Assembly (NCBI RefSeq): GCF_001194135.2 | Contig: NC_068981.1 | Location: forward strand, 14,522,163 to 14,586,162 | Source of the DNA: Octopus bimaculoides | Lineage: Eukaryota | Length of the DNA stretch: 64,000 bases | Direction of reading: 5' to 3' | Part shown: positions 1-13,115 of the stretch, piece after piece | Numbering within the stretch: the stretch's first letter is position 1 | Layout of the letters: each line of letters starts with the position of its first letter | Notes under the pieces: model-generated | Told to the model about the DNA's origin: nothing | The model's input: the letters and a program-made list of their open reading frames with translations, nothing else | Databases searched by the model: none | Position numbers and translations under genes: made by a program

Positions 1-265
1 TCAACTATTTTCGTGGCTACATTTCAATTTCTATGTTCGAATCATGTTTGACCGATTATAATAACATTTTGGTCCAAGTGCAGGGTTACGAGTATGTCTA
101 GGGACTCCAGTGATGAAGACCAGTGATGCAATTACCTAAAGATCAGGACGAGCTGAGTAATCGAAGACACGCACAGAAAGCTGAACGATCTCGTCGAATA
201 TCTGTCACTCCACTATATGTAATTCAAGCTTTGCGAAGTTGGATTGTCGAAAACAGTTAATTATA

Positions 266-484
266 CAGTAATCCCTCGCCATATTGCAGTTTATTATTGA
301 AGCTAACACCGATTTCTTCTTGTTGCTGTTTTGCATTTATAATAAAATATATATATTCCAAATAATAAAAATAATTTCAAATAATATATATATATATATA
401 ATACAGTACTGCTTCTACTTCGGAGATTTCACTTATCATGGAAAGTTTGGGAACCTAACATCCGCGATAGTCGAGGAATTACTG
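266..484. mobile_element. pogo/Tigger-like MITE
   Basis: Inverted termini CAGTAATCCCTCGCCATATTGCAG (266) and CCGCGATAGTCGAGGAATTACTG (to 484), each flanked by TA; no coding capacity. Confidence 0.6.
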
Positions 485-1531
485 TATATCGCTGCTGTTA
501 CGTTAAACTGTTGTATGTCCAAATTTGGTTAAATGCGTTTTTTTTAATATATATTTTAGCTTGCAATAGCCACTTTTTTTTTAATCAAACTATCGTACCT
601 CCAGCTGCTTCAGAGGTCAAGATATCAAAAATTGTCGAAATGTAGTACAACGGTTTTGCTATGGAATGGTGAAACTATTTTTTCGTTTTCTGAAAAATGC
701 AACGTTTTGGACTTATGACGCTTTTACATAATAGAAACGATATATACTTTCATTTAATAATCGAGCCATCTTGGGAAAACACATCCAAATTTTGATTAGG
801 TAAATAAATCTGATAGCGTGAGGTAAATAAATTCTACTTCTATCATCTCATCTCGTATTAATATAAATATAAAACACAGTATTGCTAGTTTTATATTCAT
901 GATTAATGAGTTTATACTATATATATAAGTGCCAATATTTATCTATCTTATTTACTTTGTTTCGTCCTGGGAGAGTATTTGTACCAAAAATGATAACACA
1001 CGCACAAGCCTACTTTCACTTTTTTATTGTTAGTCAGTTGGTTAAATATCTCGCTATATTGTTCTCTTACCTCTTTTGTCTCTGCTTATGCATTGTAGCC
1101 GTAATCTCGGAAATTTCAATGAGTATCTATGTCTATAGGATCTGTGTATAACGTTCTAAAAACAATAAAACATACTGAAAATATCTTCTAAAATGTGATT
1201 GTTTTCCAAAGGTAAGAAATGTGTCATTGTATAAAATGTTCAATTTGGTTTAATTTATTGACTTCGGATTATGCCATGCTGTTGATTTTTAATTTGAAAG
1301 CAATCGGACTATACAAGAGAACCAGGTCTAGAAATTTTGAAGCTTTTATAATGAGTAAGGTGTGAAATAAATATGTGTATTTCATGTTTCTTTCTTATTT
1401 CTCGATTTGGAATCCAGACTTCATAATCTCTGTAAGATTTCTCTAGAAATAGTTCTTTCCCTTACACTAACTGCCCACCAGGTTACATTATTTGCTTATA
1501 TAGATTTACTTATGTTGGATACGTATGTGTA

Positions 1532-2733
1532 TACGGACATCACAGAATTAAATAGACATGACATGAAACATTGCTTTATGTTTATTTTAACTTCTAAAGG
1601 TTTGTATTTTTTTTTAATTAACAGTTTTTATGTCTCAGTTTAATCATGTCACGTAAAAAAGGAGTCTTGGAACTGTCCAAATTTCAAAGAAGCCGTATTG
1701 TGACTCAATCTAAAGGTGGACTTAGCGTAAAATCCAAGGAAAACTTGGGATCCCGCCTTCTACATTTAATGGGGTGATTGGGTAATTCATCAGAGAAGGA
1801 AAGGAGTTCACATGACCTTGTCCAGATCGACCAGAACCCACTGACAGGACCCTTTGCTTTGTTAAGTGATGTGTGCAAAGCTTCTGACTTTACAGAAAAA
1901 AGTTGATGTCTATCCCAGAACAGCTGCCAGTATCTCCCCAAACTTGGCTATTGTGGCAGTGTAGCAAGTAGGAAGCCACTTCTTCAACCAGCCAATGTCA
2001 AGAGGAGAAAGGATTGGGCTAGTGAGATGATGGAGTGGCCGATAGCATTTTGTAACACTATCATATACACTTCTGAGTCCAGATTTGCTGTATTTTGTGA
2101 CAGTGATCGAGTGTTGGTCTGGAGACTGTGATCAAGAATTTAATATGAAAAAATTGCTGCCAACAATGAAACAAGGCAGCTATTTGTTGATGGTTTGGGG
2201 AACAATTTGGTCAATCAGAGCAATGGTCAATCATAACGGATGGAATGTGATGGACACATCACTCAGATAAATATGTGTCCATATTGCAGAAATGACTCTT
2301 TCCAATCTTCTGCAATGGTGAAATGATTAAAGAAAACTAAACTATTTATGGAAGGTGGGTCGTCTTGTCACCCGACTAAAAATACCCAAGATTGCTTGGA
2401 AAAGAATGGCTTTCAAAAATTTTGTGTCCAAGCCAGTCACCTGATGTGAACCCTATTGAACACCCATGGGGCATAATGAACAGGCCACTTCGTAAAAAGA
2501 ACAGTAATGCATCCTCAAAGCCAGATCTTTTGAGAATACTGCATGAAACGGCAAACACAAATCCCCCAAGATAATATTCATCTGATCATTAGCATGGAAC
2601 ATGCAAAGGGCACGTCTATTAACTATTAGATATTCACATTATAATAATTAATGTATAATTTGAATGTATAATTTCAGATTTAAATTAATTTTAATGATTA
2701 TAACATTGTCTATTTACTTCTGTTATGTCTATG
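1532..2733 (+). mobile_element. Full-length decayed Tc1-family transposon (transposase pseudogene about 1646-2629)
   Basis: 27-bp imperfect TIRs (TACGGACATCACAGAATTAAATAGACA / TGTCTATTTACTTCTGTTATGTCTATG) with TA flanks. Frame-broken transposase motifs: ELSKFQRSRIV, IIYTSESRF (FSDESRF equivalent), LLPTMKQGSYLLMVWG, PSQSPDVNPIEHPWG. Confidence 0.85.
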
Positions 2734-3212
2734 TATACAAATATACGTATAATATATACGTGTGTATTTATGTTAACTATCGTTTGTACTCTAACGTCAA
2801 CATTTTTATTATAGAAATGGCGTATATGTGACTGAGATTGTGTAACAAATTTTATTTATTTATTCTCTTTGTTAGCAGCATTAGCGCCAAGCTGGGATTA
2901 CAAAGAATTGAACTGTAATGCAGATACAATATTTTTGCGACACAGTTTAACTTCTATAGACAATATAACTGCAGTTACCGTCGAGGAATAATTCTCTCTT
3001 AAGGGTTAATTCTCTCTTAAGGGCTAATTCTCTTCAGTATTTTGCATTGAGTCAGGAATGTGCATCTGGGGATACGGTGGAGGAAAGTACTGGGCAGATA
3101 TGGTGTTTTTACTCCATCTACTCTAAGAGAGGACTTTGTCACCCCAGCAACTTCTTTGCATTTGCGTTTAGAAGTTAAAATATATCATAAACAAAAAATA
3201 AGTAACCTAAAG

Positions 3213-3254
<42 letters not shown>

Positions 3255-4324
3255 TAGATATGTGTATGTATATATGAGCATATAAGTAGATGTATAGGCG
3301 TTTATATTTATATATCATATGCATGCGTGTGTTAGATGTGCGTATGCACGTCTGTATGTGTGTTTATCGATGTATCCATACATGAATTTGGGACTTCGCC
3401 TGTTCGTATATATAAATATGATGCTTCTTTGTGTGCGGTCAAATCGGGTAACTGCAAGCGAGATTGTCTGAAAACTGATCAGTTGTTAAGCACGCTTAAA
3501 GAAGTCACATCGATGTAAGTGGGTATTTATTCGTGAACGATATAGAACAGTGTGCGACAGATTTTTAAGGACAGTTAATTGTCAGTATATTACTCCCCTC
3601 AAAAGAAAGGGTCTTTAATTTATCTCTATCCCCGTGACAGATAAAACGTTAACAAAAATAAAAGACATACAGTCATTGTGTGGAATGATTTAGAAATTTT
3701 CTAATTATTGCAAGAACTTTTGTACACAAAGTTCGGATAGAAATGGAAGACCCTGGCGAAAAAATTTCAACTGTATCAAAGACTAAATCTCTTCTAAAAT
3801 CTTCCAACCGGTCCAAAATGTTATCGCTGATCCTCACGGAAAATCATTGTCTACCAACGTCAAATCTGATGTGCAAATGTAGACATACGAGAGCTGTGGT
3901 ACTCAAGGATATTCAATACAAGTATGTACTCTGAAATCGTCAATACATGCCTGTAAAAACACAGAAAACCGTTTGATCAGTGCCAAGCTGTTAAAAAATT
4001 TCATGCGCATGACATGCTTTGTCTTTCTCTGTTAAGAAAATACTTATTATATCACGCGCGTGTGTATTCCACAGAGAATGAGAGTGAAATTCGTTTGCTA
4101 TTGCCAGTAGAATATGAATCTGTGCCTGAAATTAAATCATGCTACTTTCATGTATTCCGACATGACCAAGGCTTTGATAATGAAGGAGATTAAGAATCTA
4201 GAAATTAACGAAGATATTTGGTTGCTCACATAAGATCATTAACATGATGCAACAATTATTCGATGGCATGGAAGCGCCTGTGTTGAATGATAGAAACTTC
4301 TCGGCACCTTTCACTCTAAACAAT

Positions 4325-5240
4325 GATGTACAGTAAGATTCTGTTCAACATGAGTTTTAGCGCAGTGCTGCATAATGCATTCTCCCAGGAAACGTGTTCC
4401 TTTTTTTTTTTACAAGAATTGTGCTCTGATGATCTTCGGCAAAGCTTAGCCAACTTCTCACTAGGCTGTGTTAACATCGGTCTCATAATTAGTATCAAAT
4501 ATGCCTAAGATCAGGTTCCAGACTGCTTCTGAGAAAACTTACATTGAACCATTCCCAACAGTCAACGTGTAATCTATCGAAGCCTTTGAGAGAATCGCCT
4601 ACATTGAGTAAACACAGTCAAGTACACACAATGATCATGGCGTGAACGTGCCTTTCGACGTCTTTGTAAGAAGGTTTGGAAATAACCTGGTCTGACGATA
4701 AAATCAAAGCTTATCATATACAAAGCTATTGTGGTGGTGCTTACACTAATTTATGGCCGTGAAACGTGAACAGTTTACTGAAAACGTGCCCCCCACCAAT
4801 ATTCATTTTCATCTAACATAGCTGCTAAACATTCTTGGCAGGATAAATTTCCAAATACAATTTTCTTCAAGAAAACTAATAGGTCTAATATATATGCGTT
4901 CCAGAGCTAATGGAGGAAATATGTAGTGCACATTACTCTAGACTCACCAAGCAGAATTTTGTGAATTAGCTGTTAGCTCTGTCACGTGGTGATCCAAACA
5001 AAAAATACAAAAACGCGCATGTCAAAGTGTGATGTAGAGCAGGCTGCTTTGGGGAATCTTGTTTAGGATTGCTCATTAAGGTGCTCTGAATATGCCATGA
5101 ACAAAAATGCTAAATGGAGGCTGCATCAAAATCACGTATCTCAAAGGGTTATGATTTGGCTATTATGTGCAACTGCGAATTTCATGCTAAAATTGGTCCA
5201 ATAACCCACATCATGACCCATAAAGTGTGAAGCTGATAAC
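4325..5240 (+). mobile_element. RTE-clade (BovB-like) LINE, decayed 3' RT region
   Basis: Broken-frame motifs ELCSDD..QSLANFSLGCVNIGLIISIK, KLIIYKAIVVVLTLIYGRET, and a C-terminal C..EFHAKIG..TH zinc-finger-like tail. Confidence 0.75.
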
Positions 5241-6101
5241 CGAGTTCGCTTCAGATACAAGAAGAACAAATATAACCTATGTACATGATCTAATCAGTAT
5301 AGGCCTCGATGTTAAAGCAATACCAAGAGATTAGGTATCCGGAAGCAAGTCAAGTCCTTTTGTAGACTGGACATTTTAAATTGAAGGAACATCTTAGGAT
5401 AGGTAAGATGCGTTGAAAGAACGATCTTGTATGAAATGTTTTCTATACCTTACTGCGGTAAAGCAGTAAGATGAGGACACCTTATGCTGTGGCTGTTTTA
5501 AAGACCCGTTGAGAATGCGGTTTCAGCAACTTTGTTAGTTTCAAACTACATAGAAACATTTTAGTAATGGTGGAAACATGTGCAATAAATACTTTCATGC
5601 GATGAAATCATATCAGACAGTATTTTTTTAATACGTCTGGTACCTTCAAACAATTCTCAGGTTGTACTCACATGGTATAACAAAATAATACGTAATGGGA
5701 TGAGAGAAAAACTAGAACAGTTGAGAAGGAAGTAGATGTAAAAGGTGGAAGGTTGAAAAACCTGCCCCACTTTCGATTTCGTGTTTTCTTTTCTATCTTA
5801 CGGTTTTTTAACCTTTCATATTTACATTCCTCCCGCTTTTTCTCGTTTTTTTTCACTCTCATTCTATCGTCCTGTTATGCCATATTGGTAAAGCCTGAGG
5901 ATTGTGTAAATGCACTGGACGTGTTAAATATTCTCTGTGATGTTTCCATTGCATGAAACTATTAATAGCTCATAAAAATATATATTGTGTTTATCAAATC
6001 TCTCTCACTCTCTCATACACACACGCGCGCGCACACACACTTGCGTGTCTTCGACTGTGAGTGTGTTTGTATGTAATGTTGTTTGTAAGTGTGCGGGCTT
6101 G

Positions 6102-6136
<35 letters not shown>

Positions 6137-6790
6137 TTTGTGTGTGTGTGTGTGTGTGCCTGTGTGTGTAATTTTCTGTGACAGAAACAACTACTACATG
6201 TTAATATCACACGTAAACGACTTTGTCAAGTTGAACATTTCGTTGAGAGCATGTACTCAACAACGGATGATTTCAGGTGTCTCATCAACCAAACAATTGA
6301 AGGAAACCGTCTTTTCTCTTACATTATTCCTGACTCATATAAATGCAGATATATATACAGGAATATACGCCGACGCATATACACAGAATTTTACACGTAT
6401 GAAAAAATTATTGCCTTCATATAAACATACATATATATTCAGATATCTGCAAAATACATGCATTCATAACTGATTTGTCTAACACACGCGTGCATATACA
6501 CACACACACACAATTACCTTCACACATACACATATATATATATACTGATAAACGTATGCAGAAACATTCACACTAGCTTTCTCGACATTCATATGCGCAC
6601 AAAAACAGGCTTAACTATCTATGTATATACACAAAAAATTTGTACAGGCACGTATACATATTTATACGTGCATGTGAATTGTTACGACACACGCCTGTCT
6701 TACCGTTTCATGCTAATATGACGGATGTTTAACTTCGATGTTTTCACACTGATGTTCATATAACAGATTAATCACTATTGATTTTACAAG

Positions 6791-6869
6791 GTGACCCTTT
6801 TATTTGAAATATTGATCAAATATCCGAAAATTATGGCTCTCACTCAGTGCATGCTTGCAGAAGTGAAAT
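6791..6869 (+). CDS. Candidate exon (VTLLFEILIKYPKIMALTQCMLAEVK), unknown product
   Basis: ttttacaag acceptor and gtaagt donor; one open frame; ATG at 6833 in an AxxATGG context. Confidence 0.25.
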
Positions 6870-8142
6870 GTAAGTTTAACACATAAAATATTGTATGTAA
6901 ATAAATGCATACATAAAATTAAATGAAAATAAGTAAACCAGATTGATTCCTAAATAAAGTCATATTAATGTATGAATAGTTCTATCAAACGTTCATAAAC
7001 AAAATTTCATATCTTGGGTAGTCTACTCACCATGTGTGTCTGAAAGAAAGCCTGACAACATTTACACTAAAGAAAAGTGGCGTAGCAGATGAGAACATTT
7101 GCAAATATTAGGAGTTCATATGAAATCAATTTTGTGGTGAAAAACAGTGTAAAAGTATCAAAACACAGACTGATAATGTTTTTACAGAAAGTCAAAACAT
7201 GACCTAAATTTATGAAACAGAAACTATTTCGGAAATAACTGATAATATTCATGAAACTGCCAAAGCATACTATTATTGGTAAAACGTACGCCTATCCAGA
7301 TGCATATGCATGGATGCACTTATGCATTCATTTATGCACATACACTATGTATTTCCATATAATGGGAGTTAATGTTTTACGTATACATACATATACACCG
7401 TTATATATCTACAATGAGACAAACACTTACAGATATACAAACACTAATATTCGCATAATTATTTATTATGCACACATACACACATGTTTTAAAATCATTT
7501 CTGAAAATATATATGCAATTCTAAACATGACAATGAATTCTTTAAAGAACGTGAAAAAGAATATCTAAAACATTTTTTTTTGTTTAATGTAAAGGAGATA
7601 ATTTCATAAATATAGATAGAAAATAATATCAAATAATGAATTTATATTTTTTTTACGCTGTAAGGAAGCCATCTATATATTTTGTAGGAATTATTATTTG
7701 TTTGATCTATGCAAAATTGTATGCCACTACTTCAATAGAGAATATAGAGGTCAATATATATANNNNNNNNNNNNNNNNNNNNNNNNNNNNNNNNNNNNNN
7801 NNNNNNNNNNNNNNNNNNNNNNNNNNNNNNNNNNNNNNNNNNNNNNNNNNNNNNNNNNNNNNNNNNNNNNNNNNNNNNNNNNNNNNNNNNNNNNNNNNNN
7901 NNNNNNNNNNNNNNNNNNNNNNNNNNNNNNNNNNNNNNNNNNNNNNNNNNNNNNNNNNNNNNNTGTGTGTAAGGTTTAATATGGTGAAATAGATATTGAT
8001 CAGTTATAAGTGACTCTAGGCAATGTATAATGTAAAGAAATCAATATATTTGAGATCTGTAGAAACAGAAAGGCACATTATCTGCGTATAGTACGTAAAT
8101 ACACAATCAGGTCTTCTGTACGTGTGTGTACGCGGCGTTGTA

Positions 8143-8193
8143 TTGTCATATATATATATATATATCTACCTAGACACACACACAAAAATATAC

Positions 8194-8281
<88 letters not shown>

Positions 8282-8300
8282 ACAGTGCATGTGTGTGTGT
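8143..8300. repeat. (TA)n/(CA)n microsatellite block, representative of dozens in the window
   Basis: Long pure TA run at about 8200-8272. Similar TA, CA, GA and TATC arrays flank most N-gaps. Confidence 0.95.
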
Positions 8301-8612
8301 GACAATGTACTTCTCATCTTTTCGAGGAAACAACTTGACACAATTCGATAAAATATATGTAATTATTACGGCTTAAATTTTGAATCCTGAACGTTACTGC
8401 TGCAAATGGCTTGGTTAATTTCTAAGACGTTGAGAGGTCCTTCTCTCCACTGAGATCGTCACACAATGGTAGAGTTCTTAATTATCAAGCATCTTATGTG
8501 TATGAGGTAACTCAAAATTTTAACACCATCTTTAGGTAAGATTTATGACCATAATTGACAAAATGCTAAAATACTTTCCCACTTACACAATCTGTCTACC
8601 ACCAGATTTCAG

Positions 8613-8677
8613 GAGTATGTATTAGGCGCCTACACTTTCGAGAAATTTTCTACCGTCGAGTATCTGAAGAATTGAAG
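8613..8677 (+). CDS. Candidate internal exon (xVCIRRLHFREIFYRRVSEELK), unknown product
   Basis: tttcag acceptor and gtatgt donor; 65 nt, phase 1 to 0; only one frame is open. Confidence 0.35.
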
Positions 8678-8749
8678 GTATGTGTGTATGCGTCTTTTAC
8701 GTGTAGGCAGATTTCATAATACTCCTGTGACTAATATGATGTTTTATAG

Positions 8750-8887
8750 ATTCATCAGCAGTACCTATGTTCTATTGTGGATTGGATTAAACGATATGAC
8801 GGTCAATATGATTTTGGTAGGGCAATATTCCAAAAAGAGAATTGGCATCGACACAAGAGCATCTTTAATGTCTTCATCTTAGCCTAA
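8750..8887 (+). CDS. Candidate terminal coding exon (IHQQYLCSIVDWIKRYDGQYDFGRAIFQKENWHRHKSIFNVFILA*)
   Basis: Follows a 72-nt GT-AG intron with a CTAAT branch-like motif at 8731 and a ttttatag acceptor; phase 0 matches the previous exon; 45 open codons. Confidence 0.35.
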   Translation: MHQQYLCSIVDWIKRYDGQYDFGRAIFQKENWHRHKSIFNVFILA

Positions 8888-9810
8888 AAAGAAGAAACAG
8901 CACAGTGCAATATATCGCTTCTGCTTTGGCTATCCCAGTGTCTTTAATACAAACCACGTCCACGATAGAATGAATACTCGGGTAATCTTTCAAAGACATT
9001 AATCCGATTCTTTTCAAGTTTTATGCACAGTGATTTATATGTTGTTGGAGGAGGATGCCGACTAAGGTAAGATTATATTCGGATCAAAATGGCAAACAAT
9101 CACTTAAATTTGTCTTCCTAATACCGTGTCAGTATAGTACTTTTTTACTCACTTTACTCTATCAGCTAACGCTTAAGTTAACAAGAAGGTGGTTTTGCTA
9201 TTCTACAGAATCCAGCAAATAGTTGTGGCCCTTCTCCCAACCTAACTTTACATTACAATTAACCAGATTTGGGATGTAGTGTTTCCTTTCACAAGAACTG
9301 ATGGGTAGTGGCCAACTCGGCCCGGTAACCTGTTCTAATGAGTTTCTGATTAGATACTTTGTTGACAAAATATTCTAAGCACATACCCAAATGGAGTGAG
9401 TTAGACAGTCTTTAAATACTTTGCTCTATCATACAGAGATCTGATGAATATGCTTGTTATTCCACACCAGATAAAAGAGAGCAAATAAGCAAGGCTTCTC
9501 TTTTACTGTTTCTCATTTGGAGTTTCAGATTTATTCATACTGTTCTTGGGTTGAGATCCTCCAAAAATTATTACTAAGTTTCAAGTATTGTTCAGATTGT
9601 CTGTTGCAGTAGAGCAAAAAAAAAACATTTTCAAACATAGTAGTTCCATGACGATAGGTAACACACTCCGCCTGAGAGAAAGCTATCCGATCCTGTTTTT
9701 GTAGCATATCTTATTTTGCATTACGTATCTTTTGCATTATAACACCTTAAATTGGTACCTATAACTGAGCTTGATTGACCTGGAAAAACAGCTGTAATAC
9801 CGCTGTATTT

Positions 9811-10180
9811 TTAAGAGATGAGGAATTATGTACATTATTTACATTATATGGATATTTGTCCACATTTTATTAATTGGGTTTTTTGAAGCTGGGTTCTTAT
9901 TCCTAAGGTTTTTTTCGATTTTATTATTATCATTATTATTAGATGGTTTTAAAGACGAGCTAGTTTTTGATAGAGTTCAATGTCTCCATTGAAGTCTAAT
10001 GTCGGCTCCGTACTGGTTAGATAACACAGTCCTCTATTTAAGAGATAAGGAATTATGTACCTTATTTACATTTGATGGATATTTCACCAATACACCTGCT
10101 GGAGGCTAGACGGTATATCAGCTGAAACGTTGTGTTAACAACAAACAAGATGAGGACAGACATCCTTCAAACGTAAATAA
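9811..10180. mobile_element. Penelope-like terminal repeat fragments in direct and inverted arrangement
   Basis: TTAAGAGAT(G/A)AGGAATTATGTAC..TTATTTACATT..TGGATATTT occurs at about 9820 and 10038, followed by the opposite-strand part (GGAGGCTAGACGGTATATCAGCTGAAACGTTGTGTTAACAACAAACAAGATGAGGACA). A related copy is at 61119-61212. Confidence 0.6.
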
Positions 10181-11193
10181 AATTTGTAATACGGTTTTGG
10201 GCGTGCACACAAACTCTGAGTTTCTCACTAGTACTCCAAAATCTCCTACCTTATATTCTGGCTTCTAAAGGTATCTAGCTGTCTTCTGATGGGAAGGTCT
10301 CGTAGAGATAAAAGGGAGATTTAAACTTCCGATATCTTTCAGCATCTATTAAAGAGAAGAGTCATCGTATATTTTAATTAAATCGTCATGCCTATAGATG
10401 CTGGTAACATAATGGCGACTGTATTGGGCAAAATATTCCTCACTATATCAGTCATAATTGCAACACGTTCCTATATTCATAACTGATTTAAAGATGCATT
10501 ATATTTTATATTGAAACATGTATTCACCGGCATAATTAACTCTTCGTAAATTTTTTGGTGAATTTTCAAATTTATTCAGAGGCACAGTAGAGGAACTCGT
10601 ATATTCCCTTTCTTTAGAAATGTTTTTTATAAAATATCTAGAGCTTGTCCATGATTCATCTGAAGTCGATGAGCTCTGCTTTTATATCGACTAAAACAGA
10701 ATATTGGTCGAAGTGTTCAAGAGTGCTATATTTTAGGGTTTAGACACTGCAGAAAGCGATGTTTAAAATTCCTATTTAATTCATATGTTGAGATACAAGT
10801 GCGTTGCCTATACACATACAGTTAACTTGCTAGATGATTGTAAACATTTTGTAGCAAAATAGGAAGTGGAAGAATATAGTTGCATGAAAAGGTGTAAGTA
10901 TGTTTTTGAATTAGTTTTTGCACCTTTACTGTACAAATCCGTTGTAATATCTGGGACGAAGACGTTTTTGTTTAATAACGATCAAATATTATCGGTAAAG
11001 TTTCGAAAAAAAGATACAAACATCGAGTTCAAGACCTATGAGAGTTTCACCATCAAAATATTCAATTATTATTGTTAATAATAGTTTCCGCGTATTGATA
11101 ATTTTATTTCGTTAATAAATAAATTATATTGATGTATCTAAATAAATCGGACATGCAATGTCCCAAATCACGAAATAATAGTTTTCATTAAAG

Positions 11194-11449
11194 CAGTGCT
11201 ACTCAAAGTGACGGTGGGCGAGCCATCAGCTGCTGGTACGCGACGTGCTTCCAGAAAAGAAACAAGCATTATAAAATGCTTATGTAAAATTATATTATTT
11301 GTTTACAAAATAAATATAAGAATAGAAAAAAAAAATCAACTTTTATTATATTCATTATATATATTGTTTCTGGTATAAATTAAATATTACCGGTCCTTGG
11401 CACGTTTGCAAAAAACTGCCAGTACGTCACATCAGTTTGAGAAGCATTG
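11194..11449. mobile_element. hAT (Charlie-like) MITE
   Basis: Termini CAGTGCTACTCAAAGTG and CAGTTTGAGAAGCATTG; imperfect 8-bp flanks CATTAAAG / CTTTAAAT. Confidence 0.6.
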
Positions 11450-12935
11450 CTTTAAATGGCTTAATGGAGAAACGCAGCCCCGATATCTAAGTTGACATTT
11501 TCTGAAAATAATCCATCTCATGCGTCTCATTGTCTCGTTCCGCCTTTGCCAGTGGTGCCTTTTTTCCTCCGAATTAATAATGACAGTTACTTGGTATGAT
11601 GATAGATATTAGGATGTCTACTGTCAGTTCATTATTTTTTGACAATTATATCCCTTAGAAAATATATTCTACATTTCACTACCTTCAACGAGTACTACGT
11701 AGTATACAATCATCAATGTATATGCGATATCAGTTTCACATCCCTCAGACGTCATAAGATTTGAAAAGCATTAATCATATTCAGACCCTATAGTGTGGTC
11801 CCCAATATAGATCGGTAGGCCTGGATAATAATAGCAATCCTCCCATAATACACCCACATACACTGTGCGCATACATGCATATATATATGCGTATATACAA
11901 AAATATGCATATACATGCTTGCATGCATATATATATATATATATATANNNNNNNNNNNNNNNNNNNNNNNNNNNNNNNNNNNNNNNNNNNNNNNNNNNNN
12001 NNNNNNNNNNNNNNNNNNNNNNNNNNNNNNNNNNNNNNNNNNNNNNNNNNNNNNNNNNNNNNNNNNNNNNNNNNNNNNNNNNNNNNNNNNNNNNNNNNNN
12101 NNNNNNNNNNNNNNNNNNNNNNNNNNNNNNNNNNNNNNNNNNNNNNNNNNNNNNNNNNNNNNNNNNNNNNNNNNNNNNNNNNNNNNNNNNNNNNNNNNNN
12201 NNNNNNNNNNNNNNNNNNNNNNNNNNNNNNNNNNNNNNNNNNNNNNNNNNNNNNNNNNNNNNNNNNNNNNNNNNNNNNNNNNNNNNNNNNNNNNNNNNNN
12301 NNNNNNNNNNNNNNNNNNNNNNNNNNNNNNNNNNNNNNNNNNNNNNNNNNNNNNNNNNNNNNNNNNNNNNNNNNNNNNNNNNNNNNNNNNNNNNNNNNNN
12401 NNNNNNNNNNNNNNNNNNNNNNNNNNNNNNNNNNNNNNNNNNNNNNNNNNNNNNNNNNNNNNNNNNNNNNNNNNNNNNNNNNNNNNNNNNNNNNNNNNNN
12501 NNNNNNNNNNNNNNNNNNNNNNNNNNNNNNNNNNNNNNNNNNNNNNNNNNNNNNNNNNNNNNNNNNNNNNNNNNNNNNNNNNNNNNNNNNNNNNNNNNNN
12601 NNNNNNNNNNNNNNNNNNNNNNNNNNNNNNNNNNNNNNNNNNNNNNNNNNNNNNNNNNNNNNNNNNNNNNNNNNNNNNNNNNNNNNNNNNNNNNNNNNNN
12701 NNNNNNNNNNNNNNATATATATATATATATATATACTCATACATACATGCATACATACACATGTATACTCACATATACATGTGTGTATATGTGTGTATAT
12801 GTGTGTATATATTTCATTTTCTTTTCCTTATAGTAATTAATAATACTATTATTTGTAGTTCGGTTATCTTTCTGCTTACCATAGTTACTGCTATTGATAT
12901 CACTATTTCTGTTATTACTATTATTTGCACAATAT

Positions 12936-13115
12936 TTATAACCTCCGCCTTAGCGAAGGGGATAGTATTGCTTTTCAGTCGTGCTTGTTTGTTTGTGGAT
13001 AAGATATCTCAAGGAACGCTGGTTAGATTGGAATGAAAGTTTCATGGATATTTGGCCCCTTGACTGGCGCGATCTGCTTAGATTTTGGGATCGATCCGGC
13101 ACCGGACAAGGATTC
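12936..13115 (+). mobile_element. Helentron-associated (HINE/DINE-1-like) non-autonomous element remnant
   Basis: 5' TTATAACCTCCGCCTTAGCGAAGGG hairpin, a short GTTT repeat, then GATAAGATATCTCAAG...GGATCGATCCGG; the layout resembles HINEs. Confidence 0.45.

Noticed and set aside
3585-4000. Tc1-like fragment starting TACTCCCCTCAAAA (reverse complement also at about 31778)
   Set aside because: Only a short TIR-like word; no convincing transposase motifs or matching second end.
5661-5735. Terminal exon VVLTWYNKIIRNGMREKLEQLRRK* (and similar 58-nt candidate at 52375-52432)
   Set aside because: Too short to distinguish from chance, and no linked exon was found.
11781-13036. Long ORFs in the ORF track here and at 38778-39810, 46204-47469 and other gaps
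   Set aside because: They consist of N-runs and TA/CA microsatellite translations (YIYI, HTHT, CVCV).
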